A stretch of 48,075 nucleotides of DNA from an uncultured Alphaproteobacteria bacterium (lineage in GTDB: Bacteria; Pseudomonadota; Alphaproteobacteria; VGEJ01). The position numbers and the translations under genes were made by a program. The notes below the pieces were generated by a model. That model had not been told where the DNA came from. It did no database searches and was given only the letters and a program-made list of their open reading frames with translations. This document shows, in pieces, positions 18,172 to 26,415 of the stretch; within the stretch, counting starts at the first letter, position 1; each line of letters starts with the position of its first letter. The stretch spans positions 1-48,075 of the forward strand of contig CAYUNL010000001.1 in the NCBI GenBank assembly GCA_964446055.1, read 5' to 3'.

Positions 18172-18876
18172 CTAGCGTCCGCGGGGGCCGAAGATGGCGG
18201 TGCCGATGCGGACCTGGGTCGCGCCGAAGGCGACCGCGACCTCGAAATCCTCGGTCATGCCCATGCTCAAGGTGCCGAGGCCGTTGCGCCGGGCGATCTG
18301 GCCGAGGAGCGCGAAATGCAGCGCCGGCTCCTCGTCCTGCGGGGGGATGCACATGAGGCCTTCCACCGGCAGGCCAAGCACTTCACGGCAGTGGGCGATA
18401 AAGCCGTCGGCCTCGGCCGGCACGACGCCGTGCTTCTGCGCCTCCTCGCCAGTGTTGATCTCGATCAGGCAGCGCGGCCGTCGGTCCGCCCGCTCCATCT
18501 CGGCGGCGAGTGCGGCAGCGAGCTTTTCGCGATCGACGGTGGCGATGACATCGAACAGGGCCACCGCGGCCTGCACCTTGTTGGTCTGTAGGGGACCGAC
18601 GAGATGGAGTTCGGCGCCAGGGTACTCGGCCTTGAGCGCGGGCCACTTGCGCTCGGCCTCCTGGACCCGGTTTTCGCCAAAGACGCGGTGGCCAGCCTCG
18701 AGGGCCGCTCGAATCAGCGCCGCGGAATGGGTCTTGCTGATGGCGATCAGCGTCACCTCGGCGGGTTCACACCCGGCCGCCCGGGCCGCGGCGGCGATCC
18801 GTTGGTGGGCTGAGGCGAGGTTTGCGGCGACCGCGGGCGCCGCATTGGGCGCGGTTTGCGGCCCCAGTTGGGTCAT
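18172..18876 (-). CDS. yggS: YggS-family pyridoxal-phosphate homeostasis protein
   Basis: Start MTQLGPQT (ATG 18876). PLP-Lys context LIAISKTHS, FGENRVQE, HLVGPLQTNK, LSMGMTEDFEVA. Confidence 0.9.
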   Translation of the reverse strand: MTQLGPQTAPNAAPAVAANLASAHQRIAAAARAAGCEPAEVTLIAISKTHSAALIRAALEAGHRVFGENRVQEAERKWPALKAEYPGAELHLVGPLQTNKVQAAVALFDVIATVDREKLAAALAAEMERADRRPRCLIEINTGEEAQKHGVVPAEADGFIAHCREVLGLPVEGLMCIPPQDEEPALHFALLGQIARRNGLGTLSMGMTEDFEVAVAFGATQVRIGTAIFGPRGR

Positions 18877-18893
18877 GGCAGTGTGTGCCCGAT

Positions 18894-19526
18894 ATGCATA
18901 GGAACACCCAGGCGAGTCTAACAAGACTGGCGGCGCAGCTCAATTTGCGCCACCCCGCGCGGGTGGCGCTGCCCCCGCTGCTGCTGATGAGCGACGCCGC
19001 GCGCCTTGCCGATCCGCGGGCCGCAGCGCGGCTGCTGCCGCGCGGGAGCGCCGTGGTGCTGCGCAACTATGGGAGCCCGGGGCGCGGGGCGTTGGCGGCC
19101 GAGCTGGCGGCGCTTTGTCGCGCCCGTGGACTGATTTTGCTGATCGGCGAGGATGGCGCGTTGGCAACCGAAGTAGGCGCACACGGCCTGCACTTTCCCG
19201 AGGCGCAAGCAGCGCGCGTGCCCGACTGGCGGCGGCGGCGCGGCGATTGGATCATTACCGTGGCCGCACATTCAGCGCCGGCGCTTGCCCGCGCCGCCCG
19301 CGCCGGCGCCGGCGCCGCCGTGTTGGGCCCGGTGTTCGCGAGCGCGAGCCATCTCGGCGCACCGAGTCTGGGTGTGGATCGGTTTGCGGCACTGCTGCGG
19401 GCGAGCCCTATCCCGGTATACGCGCTAGGCGGGATCGATTCGCGCGGGGCGCGCCGCATCGCCTGCAGCGGCGCCATCGGCATCGCCGCCATTGGCGCGC
19501 TCACGCCGCAGGCGAAGCCGGGGTGA
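18894..19526 (+). CDS. Thiamine-phosphate synthase-like (ThiE/TenI family) protein
   Basis: Start MHRNTQ at 18894 (18822 possible but it overlaps yggS). PPLLLMSD, LLIGEDGALATEVGAHGLHFPE, LGPVFAS, PVYALGGI. Its 3' end overlaps the convergent cysNC-like gene by 26 nt. Confidence 0.7.
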   Translation: MHRNTQASLTRLAAQLNLRHPARVALPPLLLMSDAARLADPRAAARLLPRGSAVVLRNYGSPGRGALAAELAALCRARGLILLIGEDGALATEVGAHGLHFPEAQAARVPDWRRRRGDWIITVAAHSAPALARAARAGAGAAVLGPVFASASHLGAPSLGVDRFAALLRASPIPVYALGGIDSRGARRIACSGAIGIAAIGALTPQAKPG

Positions 19527-21219
19527 GCTTGAACTCCGCCTCGACGTAGTCGAGCAAGACATCGACCGAAGCGTTGATCTCGGCACGGTCGGTATCGATC
19601 ACCAAATCGGGCGAATCGGGCGCCTCGTAGGGCGCGGAAATGCCGGTGAATTCGGGAATCTCGCCGGCCCGCGCCTTCTTGTAGAGCCCCTTGGGATCGC
19701 GTGTCTCGCAAGTGGCCAGATCGGCCCGCACGTAGACCTCGGCAAAGGCCTCGGGGTACGCCGCCCGGGCGCGCTCGCGGTCCGAACGGTAGGGCGAGAT
19801 GAAGGCGGTGATGGCGATCAAGCCGGCTCGCGCAAAGAGCGCCCCGACCTCGCCAATCCTGCGGATGTTCTCGGCCCGGTCCTCGGGCGAGAAGCCGAGG
19901 TCCGCGCTCAAGCCATGGCGCAGGTTGTCGCCGTCGAGCACGCCGACCTGGTAGCCCTTCTCAAATAGCCGGCGCTCAGCCTCGGCGGCGATGGTGGACT
20001 TCCCGGCGCCGGAGAGGCCGGTCAACCACAGCACGCCGCCGCGGTGGCCGTTTCGCACCCCCCGTGACTCGGCGCTCACCGCGGCGCCGGCGCGCGAAAC
20101 GTTGGTCGCGCACACGGTGATTAGGCCGCGCTGATCGGCGTAGCCCTCCATGCCGATGGCGCCGGCGCCAACCAACCCCTCGTCACCATGGAGAGCGAGC
20201 CGACCGCAGGGCGGGCAGCGGTCGAAAGGATCTAGGGCGATGATTTCAGGCACGCGGAGAACGCACTCGACGATGTCGCCGGCAACCGCGCTCTGCTCGT
20301 CTTGCTCGGCGAAATCTGGCGTGGAGACGATGCGATCGATCGATTGCACCGTCACGGGATGCTCGACGCCATGGAGGTGCGCGGCGTAGCTCGACCCGGA
20401 CTTGAGCGGAGCGACACCGGTCCAAAACAGCTGGGCGCGGAACACGTCAGTCTCGACCGGCGCGGCGTCGACGTGGCTTGCGAGCTGGCCCGGCGGTACC
20501 GGATCGCCGGGGTCAAGCTCGATCTCTACGGTTTCGCCGGCTTCGGCGCGCTCCTTGGCGGCACCGCTGACGGGGTCGCTGAGCCCGCGCAGCCGCACGG
20601 TCAGGTTCGCGGGCGAGAGAAGGAGTACGTCCCCGACCGCGACGCGACCGCATTCGACGTAGCCGCGAATACGCCCGGCAGCGGCATCGGCTCCAGCGAG
20701 CGAGACACGCAGTGGCAGGTCGCCGCGCGCCGCTGGCTCTGGCGCGGCGAGTGCATCGGCCAACGTGGGACCACGGTGCGGCGCGGGTGCACCCGCCGGT
20801 TCCACAGCCGCCAAGGGAACGACGACGTGTGAGGAGACCCCGATGCGTTCGAAATAAGCGGCGCAATCCCTCGCGGTGCGCGCGAAACGCTCGCCCTCGG
20901 TGGCCTCAAGGCAGACGACCGCGACGACCCGCAGATCGAGCAGGTTGAGCACGAAGGCGGCCGAGCGTACCTCTATGGTCAGCCCACGGTCGGCATCAAT
21001 GGCCAGGAGGACGAGATCCGAGCGTGGACGATCCGCAACCAAGCGGTCGAGAGAATCGGACGAAGCGGGATCGCCGGCGAGACGGTAGGCGCGTCCGCCC
21101 AGAACGAAGATCGCGCGCCCTGGGTCCGCGGCGCCGTCCGCGCGCAAATGTTCGGCGAGCGCGACGCAGGCCCGGCTGTCCCCGGCAAACGCCACGACCG
21201 TCGGTGAGGCGCTAGTCAT
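19501..21219 (-). CDS. CysN-like (degenerate GTPase domain + EF-Tu-like domains II/III) fused to adenylylsulfate (APS) kinase
   Basis: The C-terminal ~190 aa are a canonical APS kinase: LTGLSGAGKSTIA, LDGDNLRHGL, AFISPYRSDR, KGLYKKARAGEIPEFTGISAPYEAP. The N-terminal ~380 aa align by eye to CysN/NodQ (DLVLLAIDADRGL.., GPTLADAL, domain II GRVAVGDVLLL, domain III FRAQLFWTGVAPLKSGSSY). They lack GxxxxGK[ST] and NKxD. Confidence 0.85.
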   Translation of the reverse strand: MTSASPTVVAFAGDSRACVALAEHLRADGAADPGRAIFVLGGRAYRLAGDPASSDSLDRLVADRPRSDLVLLAIDADRGLTIEVRSAAFVLNLLDLRVVAVVCLEATEGERFARTARDCAAYFERIGVSSHVVVPLAAVEPAGAPAPHRGPTLADALAAPEPAARGDLPLRVSLAGADAAAGRIRGYVECGRVAVGDVLLLSPANLTVRLRGLSDPVSGAAKERAEAGETVEIELDPGDPVPPGQLASHVDAAPVETDVFRAQLFWTGVAPLKSGSSYAAHLHGVEHPVTVQSIDRIVSTPDFAEQDEQSAVAGDIVECVLRVPEIIALDPFDRCPPCGRLALHGDEGLVGAGAIGMEGYADQRGLITVCATNVSRAGAAVSAESRGVRNGHRGGVLWLTGLSGAGKSTIAAEAERRLFEKGYQVGVLDGDNLRHGLSADLGFSPEDRAENIRRIGEVGALFARAGLIAITAFISPYRSDRERARAAYPEAFAEVYVRADLATCETRDPKGLYKKARAGEIPEFTGISAPYEAPDSPDLVIDTDRAEINASVDVLLDYVEAEFKLTPASPAA

Positions 21220-21258
21220 GGCCGGACGGGGTTGTGGGTGTCGGTGTCATCAAGTGCG

Positions 21259-22089
21259 TCAAGCCGGCAGGTACCCGAAGCGTTCCATCTGATCACGGTG
21301 CGCGCCGAGGACCGCATCGACCTGGGACGCGGACAAGATCTTGCGCCATTGCGCGGCGGTGCCGGAGCGGAAGAACGCCTCGGCGAACATGCTCTTCTCG
21401 CGGAAACCGTGGCGCTGTTCCTGCTCGCGCAAGACATCGAAAGAGGAGAACTCGATGGCACTGGAAAGCCGTTCTTGGGGCGGCTCGAGCCCGAGGAAGG
21501 CTGCCACACTTTGAAACGCGGTCATCGGCTTGGTCAGCATGTCCTCGTAGCGGATCACGTAGAGCGAGGGGGTCGGCGCGTGGGTCCAACTGTGGACGTG
21601 GAGCGACCACGACCCGAAGACCTGATCCACGTTCACGGGATCGGCGAAGGAACGCCCGTTGGGGTCGGCCATGAGCTCGACCGCCTGGTCGACGGTGACA
21701 CCGAGATGGTAGGTTAGAGAAACTGCCACATCCAGCGGATTGCGTACAACATAGATGGCCCCTGCGGTACAGTCCATGGTGATCAGGGGCACGCCGCGGT
21801 CCTCGGCCAAGAGGCTGTGGGTCTTGACGAACACCGAATCGGCGTGGGACTCGCTCATGTGCTGGTGAACCTTGGGCCGAAGCGTCGCAAGTTTCTGGGG
21901 CTCGAGCTCGGCCGCGGGACGTCCCGAAACCCGCTCGTACCAGATCTTCTGCGAATCGCCAAGCGCGAATTGATCGAGCTTGTTGATATCGGCCGGCTGA
22001 TCGGGATTGCGCAGAAGGTTGTGGAGGAAGGCGCGCATCCAGGTGTTGCCGGATTTCGGATACGAGGCGATCCAGATGATGCCGCCCAT
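21259..22089 (-). CDS. Cytosolic-type (PAPS-dependent) sulfotransferase
   Basis: 5'-phosphosulfate-binding loop IASYPKSGNTWMRAFL at the N-terminus and 3'-phosphate-binding-like FFRSGTAAQWRKIL near the C-terminus. 39 nt upstream of the APS-kinase fusion. Confidence 0.85.
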   Translation of the reverse strand: MGGIIWIASYPKSGNTWMRAFLHNLLRNPDQPADINKLDQFALGDSQKIWYERVSGRPAAELEPQKLATLRPKVHQHMSESHADSVFVKTHSLLAEDRGVPLITMDCTAGAIYVVRNPLDVAVSLTYHLGVTVDQAVELMADPNGRSFADPVNVDQVFGSWSLHVHSWTHAPTPSLYVIRYEDMLTKPMTAFQSVAAFLGLEPPQERLSSAIEFSSFDVLREQEQRHGFREKSMFAEAFFRSGTAAQWRKILSASQVDAVLGAHRDQMERFGYLPA

Positions 22090-22119
22090 ATCTCAATGCC
22101 CACCGCGCGGTCGCGTGAC

Positions 22120-22156
22120 CGAAAAGATAAAGAGGGCGGACCAAAGTCCGCCCTCC
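22120..22156 (-). terminator. Rho-independent terminator of the porin gene
   Basis: Perfect 10-bp stem GAGGGCGGAC (22132-22141) / 4-nt loop / GTCCGCCCTC (22146-22155). On the minus strand it is followed by TTTATCTTTTCGG. Starts about 25 nt after the porin stop. Confidence 0.85.
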
Positions 22157-22179
22157 TCGTTCGGCAAACTGCCGAAGGA

Positions 22180-23340
22180 TTAGAAGAAGATCGACGTGCC
22201 GATGTAGACCGCCGTGGAATCATTCTCGTTGGCAGTCGTCGCCGCGGCCGTCGTCCTGTCGGCCTCGTGCTCGACGAACTGAATGCCCATCTGGAATGAG
22301 ACCCCCGATCCAAGATCGTACTGGCCAGCGACTTCGAGGCGCTTGGCTTCGTCAGAGCCAATGGCGATACCAGTCGCGATCGGAACGTTGACCACTGCCG
22401 CAGCCAGCTCAGTCTCAGTCTCCTGATACTGAAAGCCGACGCCCCACGGACCAGTTACGTACCTGACACCGGCGTTCCAATCTGTGCGATCAGAGTTGGC
22501 CAGGTCGGTGCCGAGGTCCGAATCCTTTAAGCCTGCACCGAAGGTCAAGCTCATCCAGGAGATGCTGGTGCCGATGGTCCAGTCGGTCCGATCCTCAAGG
22601 TTGGCCGCGGCGTTGTCCGCTTCGAGATCACCTTCCGCCCAACCGGCAGAAAAGTTGAGGTCCAGTCCTTCAAAGGACTGCACGAAGTTGGCGCCGACCT
22701 CGAACACCTCCGACTGCTGTGCCGCAGTGTTGTCGAGCTGCGGCGCGAAGGTGCCGTTCGGTGCCTTCGTCGCGTCCGGAGTGTACGATGCGCCGAGCTG
22801 GATGCCGCCCCAGCGCGGCGTAAACAGCGTCATCTTTTCATTAGTACCAGAAATGGTGATCCGCTCCGACGGGCCGCCTGCCTGAAAAGTACCGCCGCCG
22901 GTGATATTCGTGAAGATCGGCGAGTTGAATCCCCAGGCGAACATTGACGGGGTCGGCGCCGCGTAGCCCATAATGTTCGGCGCGCCCTGGCGGGAGCCAA
23001 GCTCCAACCGGAAACCCCCGAACTCCATCCACGCGAAGCCGTCCCGGCCAAGCGTCGCCGCGCCGGCCTGCTCAAAGTTGATGTCACCGGAGATACCCAC
23101 TTGAAGTCCGTTGTCGAGCGTGGTGTCGCCCGAGATCGTGAACGTGCCGAAGCGCTGAAACGCATGATCGCGAGTATTCGCCCCCGGCTCGCCAACGCCG
23201 TCATCCTGGCTAATAGCCGCGAACTGTCCAACCCACCAACCGCTGAGACCGACAGAGATATCCTCCGCCTGCGCAGCCGCGGTCCCACTCAAGAGCCCGG
23301 CAGCGACGAGGGCAGTAGATCCGTAAAGTAATTTCTTCAT
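22180..23340 (-). CDS. Outer-membrane porin (beta-barrel)
   Basis: Start MKKLLYGSTALVAAGLLSGTAAAQA (ATG 23340, in frame with track ORF). Sec signal peptide, alternating amphipathic Gly/aromatic-rich strands, C-terminal ...AVYIGTSIFF ending in Phe. Confidence 0.85.
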   Translation of the reverse strand: MKKLLYGSTALVAAGLLSGTAAAQAEDISVGLSGWWVGQFAAISQDDGVGEPGANTRDHAFQRFGTFTISGDTTLDNGLQVGISGDINFEQAGAATLGRDGFAWMEFGGFRLELGSRQGAPNIMGYAAPTPSMFAWGFNSPIFTNITGGGTFQAGGPSERITISGTNEKMTLFTPRWGGIQLGASYTPDATKAPNGTFAPQLDNTAAQQSEVFEVGANFVQSFEGLDLNFSAGWAEGDLEADNAAANLEDRTDWTIGTSISWMSLTFGAGLKDSDLGTDLANSDRTDWNAGVRYVTGPWGVGFQYQETETELAAAVVNVPIATGIAIGSDEAKRLEVAGQYDLGSGVSFQMGIQFVEHEADRTTAAATTANENDSTAVYIGTSIFF

Positions 23341-23492
23341 CCCAACCTCACTTCCATTATGCAACAAAGCCCGCAAATGCCGCCAACCCGCATCCGCGAA
23401 TTGTTGCCATCGGCGTGAATTGCCGGCATTAAAGGCGGCGAGTTCGCGGACCGTCAAGGTGCTTGGCCGGCGGCTGTGTCGAAAGTCACTCA

Positions 23493-23512
23493 ATGTTGCA
23501 ACACTGCAACAT
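23493..23512. promoter_or_regulatory. 20-bp perfect palindrome in the porin / TPR-sulfotransferase divergent region (candidate operator)
   Basis: ATGTTGCA-ACAC-TGCAACAT. About 97 nt upstream of GTG 23609 and about 150 nt upstream of the porin ATG. Confidence 0.35.
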
Positions 23513-23608
23513 CTTTCGGGGCTTCCCCCCGTGCCATAGGGCCTCCGCCCAGTCGAGCCTCGAACGGCGGGCGCGGTCGCCCCTCCGTCGGCCAAACGGT
23601 GAGCGATC

Positions 23609-25558
23609 GTGACGCGCAAGCCCTTAGCGAGCCTTCATCCGAGCTCGACGCCGGGCGCGGAGGCGTCCACGGTTTCGCTAGGGCTAGAGGAGGCCGTGCG
23701 GATTCACCGCGCCGGCGACCTCGAAGGCGCGGCGGCGCTCTACCGCGAAGCCCTGGAGGCCAATCCCGGCAATGCCGATGCATTGAACCTGCTGGGACTG
23801 ACGCTCCACCAGCGCGGTGATCATGACGGCGCAGTGGCACGCCTTCGCGCGGCTATTCGCCTCGCCCCGCGTACCGCGGCCTTTCACGCCAACCTCGGCC
23901 GCGCCCTCGCCTCCGCCGGCGCGCTGGAGCAGGCGGCAGCGTCGCTTTCGACCGCCGCCAAGCTCAACCCCAGTGACGCGGCCGCGCATTTCCACCTCGG
24001 CACCGCGCTCATCGACTTGGGGCGGCCAGACGATGCGGTCGAGTACTTTCGTGCCGTCGTCCGCCTGCGGCCCGATTCCCCCGAGCACCTGGTAAATCTG
24101 GCGCACGCCTTGCGCGTCGCAGGAAGGCTGGAGGAGTCGGCCGCGGCGTACCGCCAAGCCTTGGACCGCGACCCCGACAACGCGGAGTGTCAGGGGGCGC
24201 TGGGCTCGGTGCTACAGCGCCTGGGCCAGAACGACGCGGCGCTCGCGTGCTACGCGCGCGCCCTAGACTTGAACGCCCGGCTCACAAACGCACACCTCAA
24301 CGCCGGCGATATCCAACGCGATACCGGCCACCCCGACGAGGCGCTGAGGCACTACCGCGCCGCGCGGGCCATCGAACCCGAGGACGAAACCGCTATCACC
24401 CAGGAAGCCACCCTCCACGAGCGACAGGGCGACTTCGAGCGAGCTTGCGCGCTGATACTGCCCTTGATCGACGGCGGCAGCCGCGTGCCGAGCACGGTGC
24501 TCGCGTTCGCCCGCCTCGCGGACCGGCTCGAAAGGCGCGGGGAGGCACAATCCCTGCTGGAGAAGTGCCTGCAGCGGCCCGGAGTTTCGCCGCATCGCCG
24601 CCAACTCCTCCACGCCGCCCTGGCTAACCTCTACGACAAAGCGGGCGCGGTCGACGCCGCGTTCCGCAACACTGCGGCCGCGAATGGCCTTACGGCGCGC
24701 CGCTTCGATCCCCTCCAGCACGAGGCCCTGGTGGACCGGCTGATCGACACGCTGAACGCCTCGGCGCTGCGCCGGTTGCCGCGGGCCTCGCACGGTTCGC
24801 GACTCCCCGTGTTCATCGTCGGCATGCCGCGCTCGGGCACGACCCTGGTCGAGCAGATTCTGGCCTCCCATCCGCGCGTGTTCGGCGCCGGCGAGCTCAC
24901 CGATGTCCAGAATCTCCCTGCCACCATCTGCGACCGATTGGGCGTTGCCATTCCCTATCCGGAGATGCTGGTTGATCTCGACTTCGGCACGGCCGATGCG
25001 GTCGCACAGCTCTATCTCGACAAGCTACGCGAGATGGGCGGCGGCGCAGCGCGAATCACCGACAAGATGCCCCACAACTTCTTGCACCTCGGCCTGATCG
25101 CGCTTTTGTTCCCGGAGGCGGCGATCATCCATTGCGTGCGCGACGCGGTCGACACCTGCGCCTCGTGTTTCTTCCAGAACTTCGGCGATCGCAACCCCTA
25201 CACCGCCGATCTCGCCCACCTTGGCGCCTATTACGTCCAGTACCGGCGCTTGATGCGCCACTGGCAAGAGGCTCTCGACCGCCCGATTCTCGATGTGGTC
25301 TACGAGGACCTGGTGGGGGATGTGGAAGGTACCACTCGGGCAATGCTCAATTGCTGCGGTCTGGAGTGGGAGGTGGCCTGCCTTCGCTTCCACGAGAACC
25401 GACGTTTCGTGCAGAGCGCGAGCCACGACCAGGTACGGCGGCCGCTGTATGCGACCTCGATCGGCCGTAGCCGCCGCTATCTCGCCCACCTCGCGCCGTT
25501 GCTCGCGGTCCTCTCGGAGGCGGGAGAGATACCGCGGGACCTGGCCGACGTGAAGTAA
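23609..25558 (+). CDS. TPR-repeat protein fused to a C-terminal sulfotransferase domain
   Basis: The N-terminal ~330 aa are serial TPRs (ALYREALEANPGNADALNLLGLTLHQRGD.., AHFHLGTALIDLGRPDDAVEYF.. etc.). The C-terminal ~250 aa carry the PAPS 5'-phosphate loop FIVGMPRSGTTLVEQILASH and a conserved tail ACLRFHENRRFVQSASHDQVRRPLYATSIGR. GTG start per the track is uncertain. Confidence 0.85.
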   Translation: MTRKPLASLHPSSTPGAEASTVSLGLEEAVRIHRAGDLEGAAALYREALEANPGNADALNLLGLTLHQRGDHDGAVARLRAAIRLAPRTAAFHANLGRALASAGALEQAAASLSTAAKLNPSDAAAHFHLGTALIDLGRPDDAVEYFRAVVRLRPDSPEHLVNLAHALRVAGRLEESAAAYRQALDRDPDNAECQGALGSVLQRLGQNDAALACYARALDLNARLTNAHLNAGDIQRDTGHPDEALRHYRAARAIEPEDETAITQEATLHERQGDFERACALILPLIDGGSRVPSTVLAFARLADRLERRGEAQSLLEKCLQRPGVSPHRRQLLHAALANLYDKAGAVDAAFRNTAAANGLTARRFDPLQHEALVDRLIDTLNASALRRLPRASHGSRLPVFIVGMPRSGTTLVEQILASHPRVFGAGELTDVQNLPATICDRLGVAIPYPEMLVDLDFGTADAVAQLYLDKLREMGGGAARITDKMPHNFLHLGLIALLFPEAAIIHCVRDAVDTCASCFFQNFGDRNPYTADLAHLGAYYVQYRRLMRHWQEALDRPILDVVYEDLVGDVEGTTRAMLNCCGLEWEVACLRFHENRRFVQSASHDQVRRPLYATSIGRSRRYLAHLAPLLAVLSEAGEIPRDLADVK

Positions 25559-25589
25559 CCAGCGGGCATGGTCGGCGCTCGGGCCAGGC

Positions 25590-26406
25590 GCGTCAAGAAG
25601 CGGCCCAAGGTGGCTTCGATGGTCTCTCCAGCGGCCGATCGAGGTCGCATACAGCGGCCGCCGCACTTGTGCGCCGCTCGCCGATTGCACCGTGCGCTCG
25701 GTCTCGTGGAAGCGAAGGCACGCCGCCTGCCAAGGGGGCTCTCGGCAGATTTCCAAATGTGCCGTTTCTCAGCCTCCTGGTCCGAGACCAGGGCTTCGCA
25801 AGAAACATCGGGAGACCGACCAGTAAGCACCGCGGCCCAATTGCGCATCAGGCGCTGAGGATCACCCCATTGCTTCGTGCTCTGACGGACGGACGTACTG
25901 ATTTCCAAGGCGAGGTGTACCTCCGCAATCGCCTCGCCGAGATGGCCACGGTCCAGCAGGAGCGCGCCAAGTTTTGTGGGCTTCGGCGTAGTCCGACTCG
26001 AGCGCGACCGCCCGGCGCAGTGCGGCCTCGGCCCCCCGACATCGCCCAGCTCGGCGAGGACTAGGCCGAGGTTGTTGTGGGCTTGCGCGTCATTCGGCGC
26101 GAGCTCGATGGCGCGATGGAAGGCGCTTGCGGCGTCGCGAAAGCGCCCCAGCTCGGCGCGCGCGCGGCCAAGGTTGTAGTGGACATCGGCGCGCTCGGCC
26201 GCGTGTCCGGCGGCGCGTTCGAGAAGCACGAGCGCCTCGTCGCTGGCACCGGTTTGGACAAGCGCAACTCCGCCCAGGTTCAATGCGTCCACGTTGTCAG
26301 GCTCGGCGGCGAGCACGCGGCGATAGCGGGTCAGCGCTTCCCCGTAGCGGCCGGCCTGATGGAGCGCTACGGCATCCTCGAGGTCGCGCGAAACAGGCGC
26401 CGCCAC
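25590..26406 (-). pseudogene. Decayed paralog of the TPR-sulfotransferase gene (TPR N-terminus, internal frameshifts, large internal deletion, sulfotransferase C-terminal tail only)
   Basis: GTG 26406 opens VAAPVSRDLEDAVALHQAGRYGEALTRYRRVLAAEPDNVDALNLGG.. (TPRs). The TPR reading leaves the frame at the G6 run (plus-strand C6, 26032-26037) and returns at A4 (plus-strand T4, 25972-25975). The tail WQAACLRFHETERTVQSASGAQVRRPLYATSIGR sits in another frame (track ORF 25025..25756). The PAPS-binding loop is absent. Confidence 0.6.
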
Positions 26407-26415
26407 GGTCGCTGG

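Noticed and set aside
23359-23418. 19-codon ORF (MQQSPQMPPTRIRELLPSA) between the porin and the TPR-sulfotransferase, considered as a possible sulfated-peptide precursor
   Set aside because: No Shine-Dalgarno sequence, no Tyr or acidic sulfation motif, no leader-like features. Indistinguishable from a random ORF.
25025-25590. Continuation of the decayed paralog frame (track ORF 25025..25756) for about 190 codons antisense to the intact TPR-sulfotransferase gene
   Set aside because: Similarity to the sulfotransferase tail ends near 25590. The remainder is simply the open antisense frame of the intact gene.
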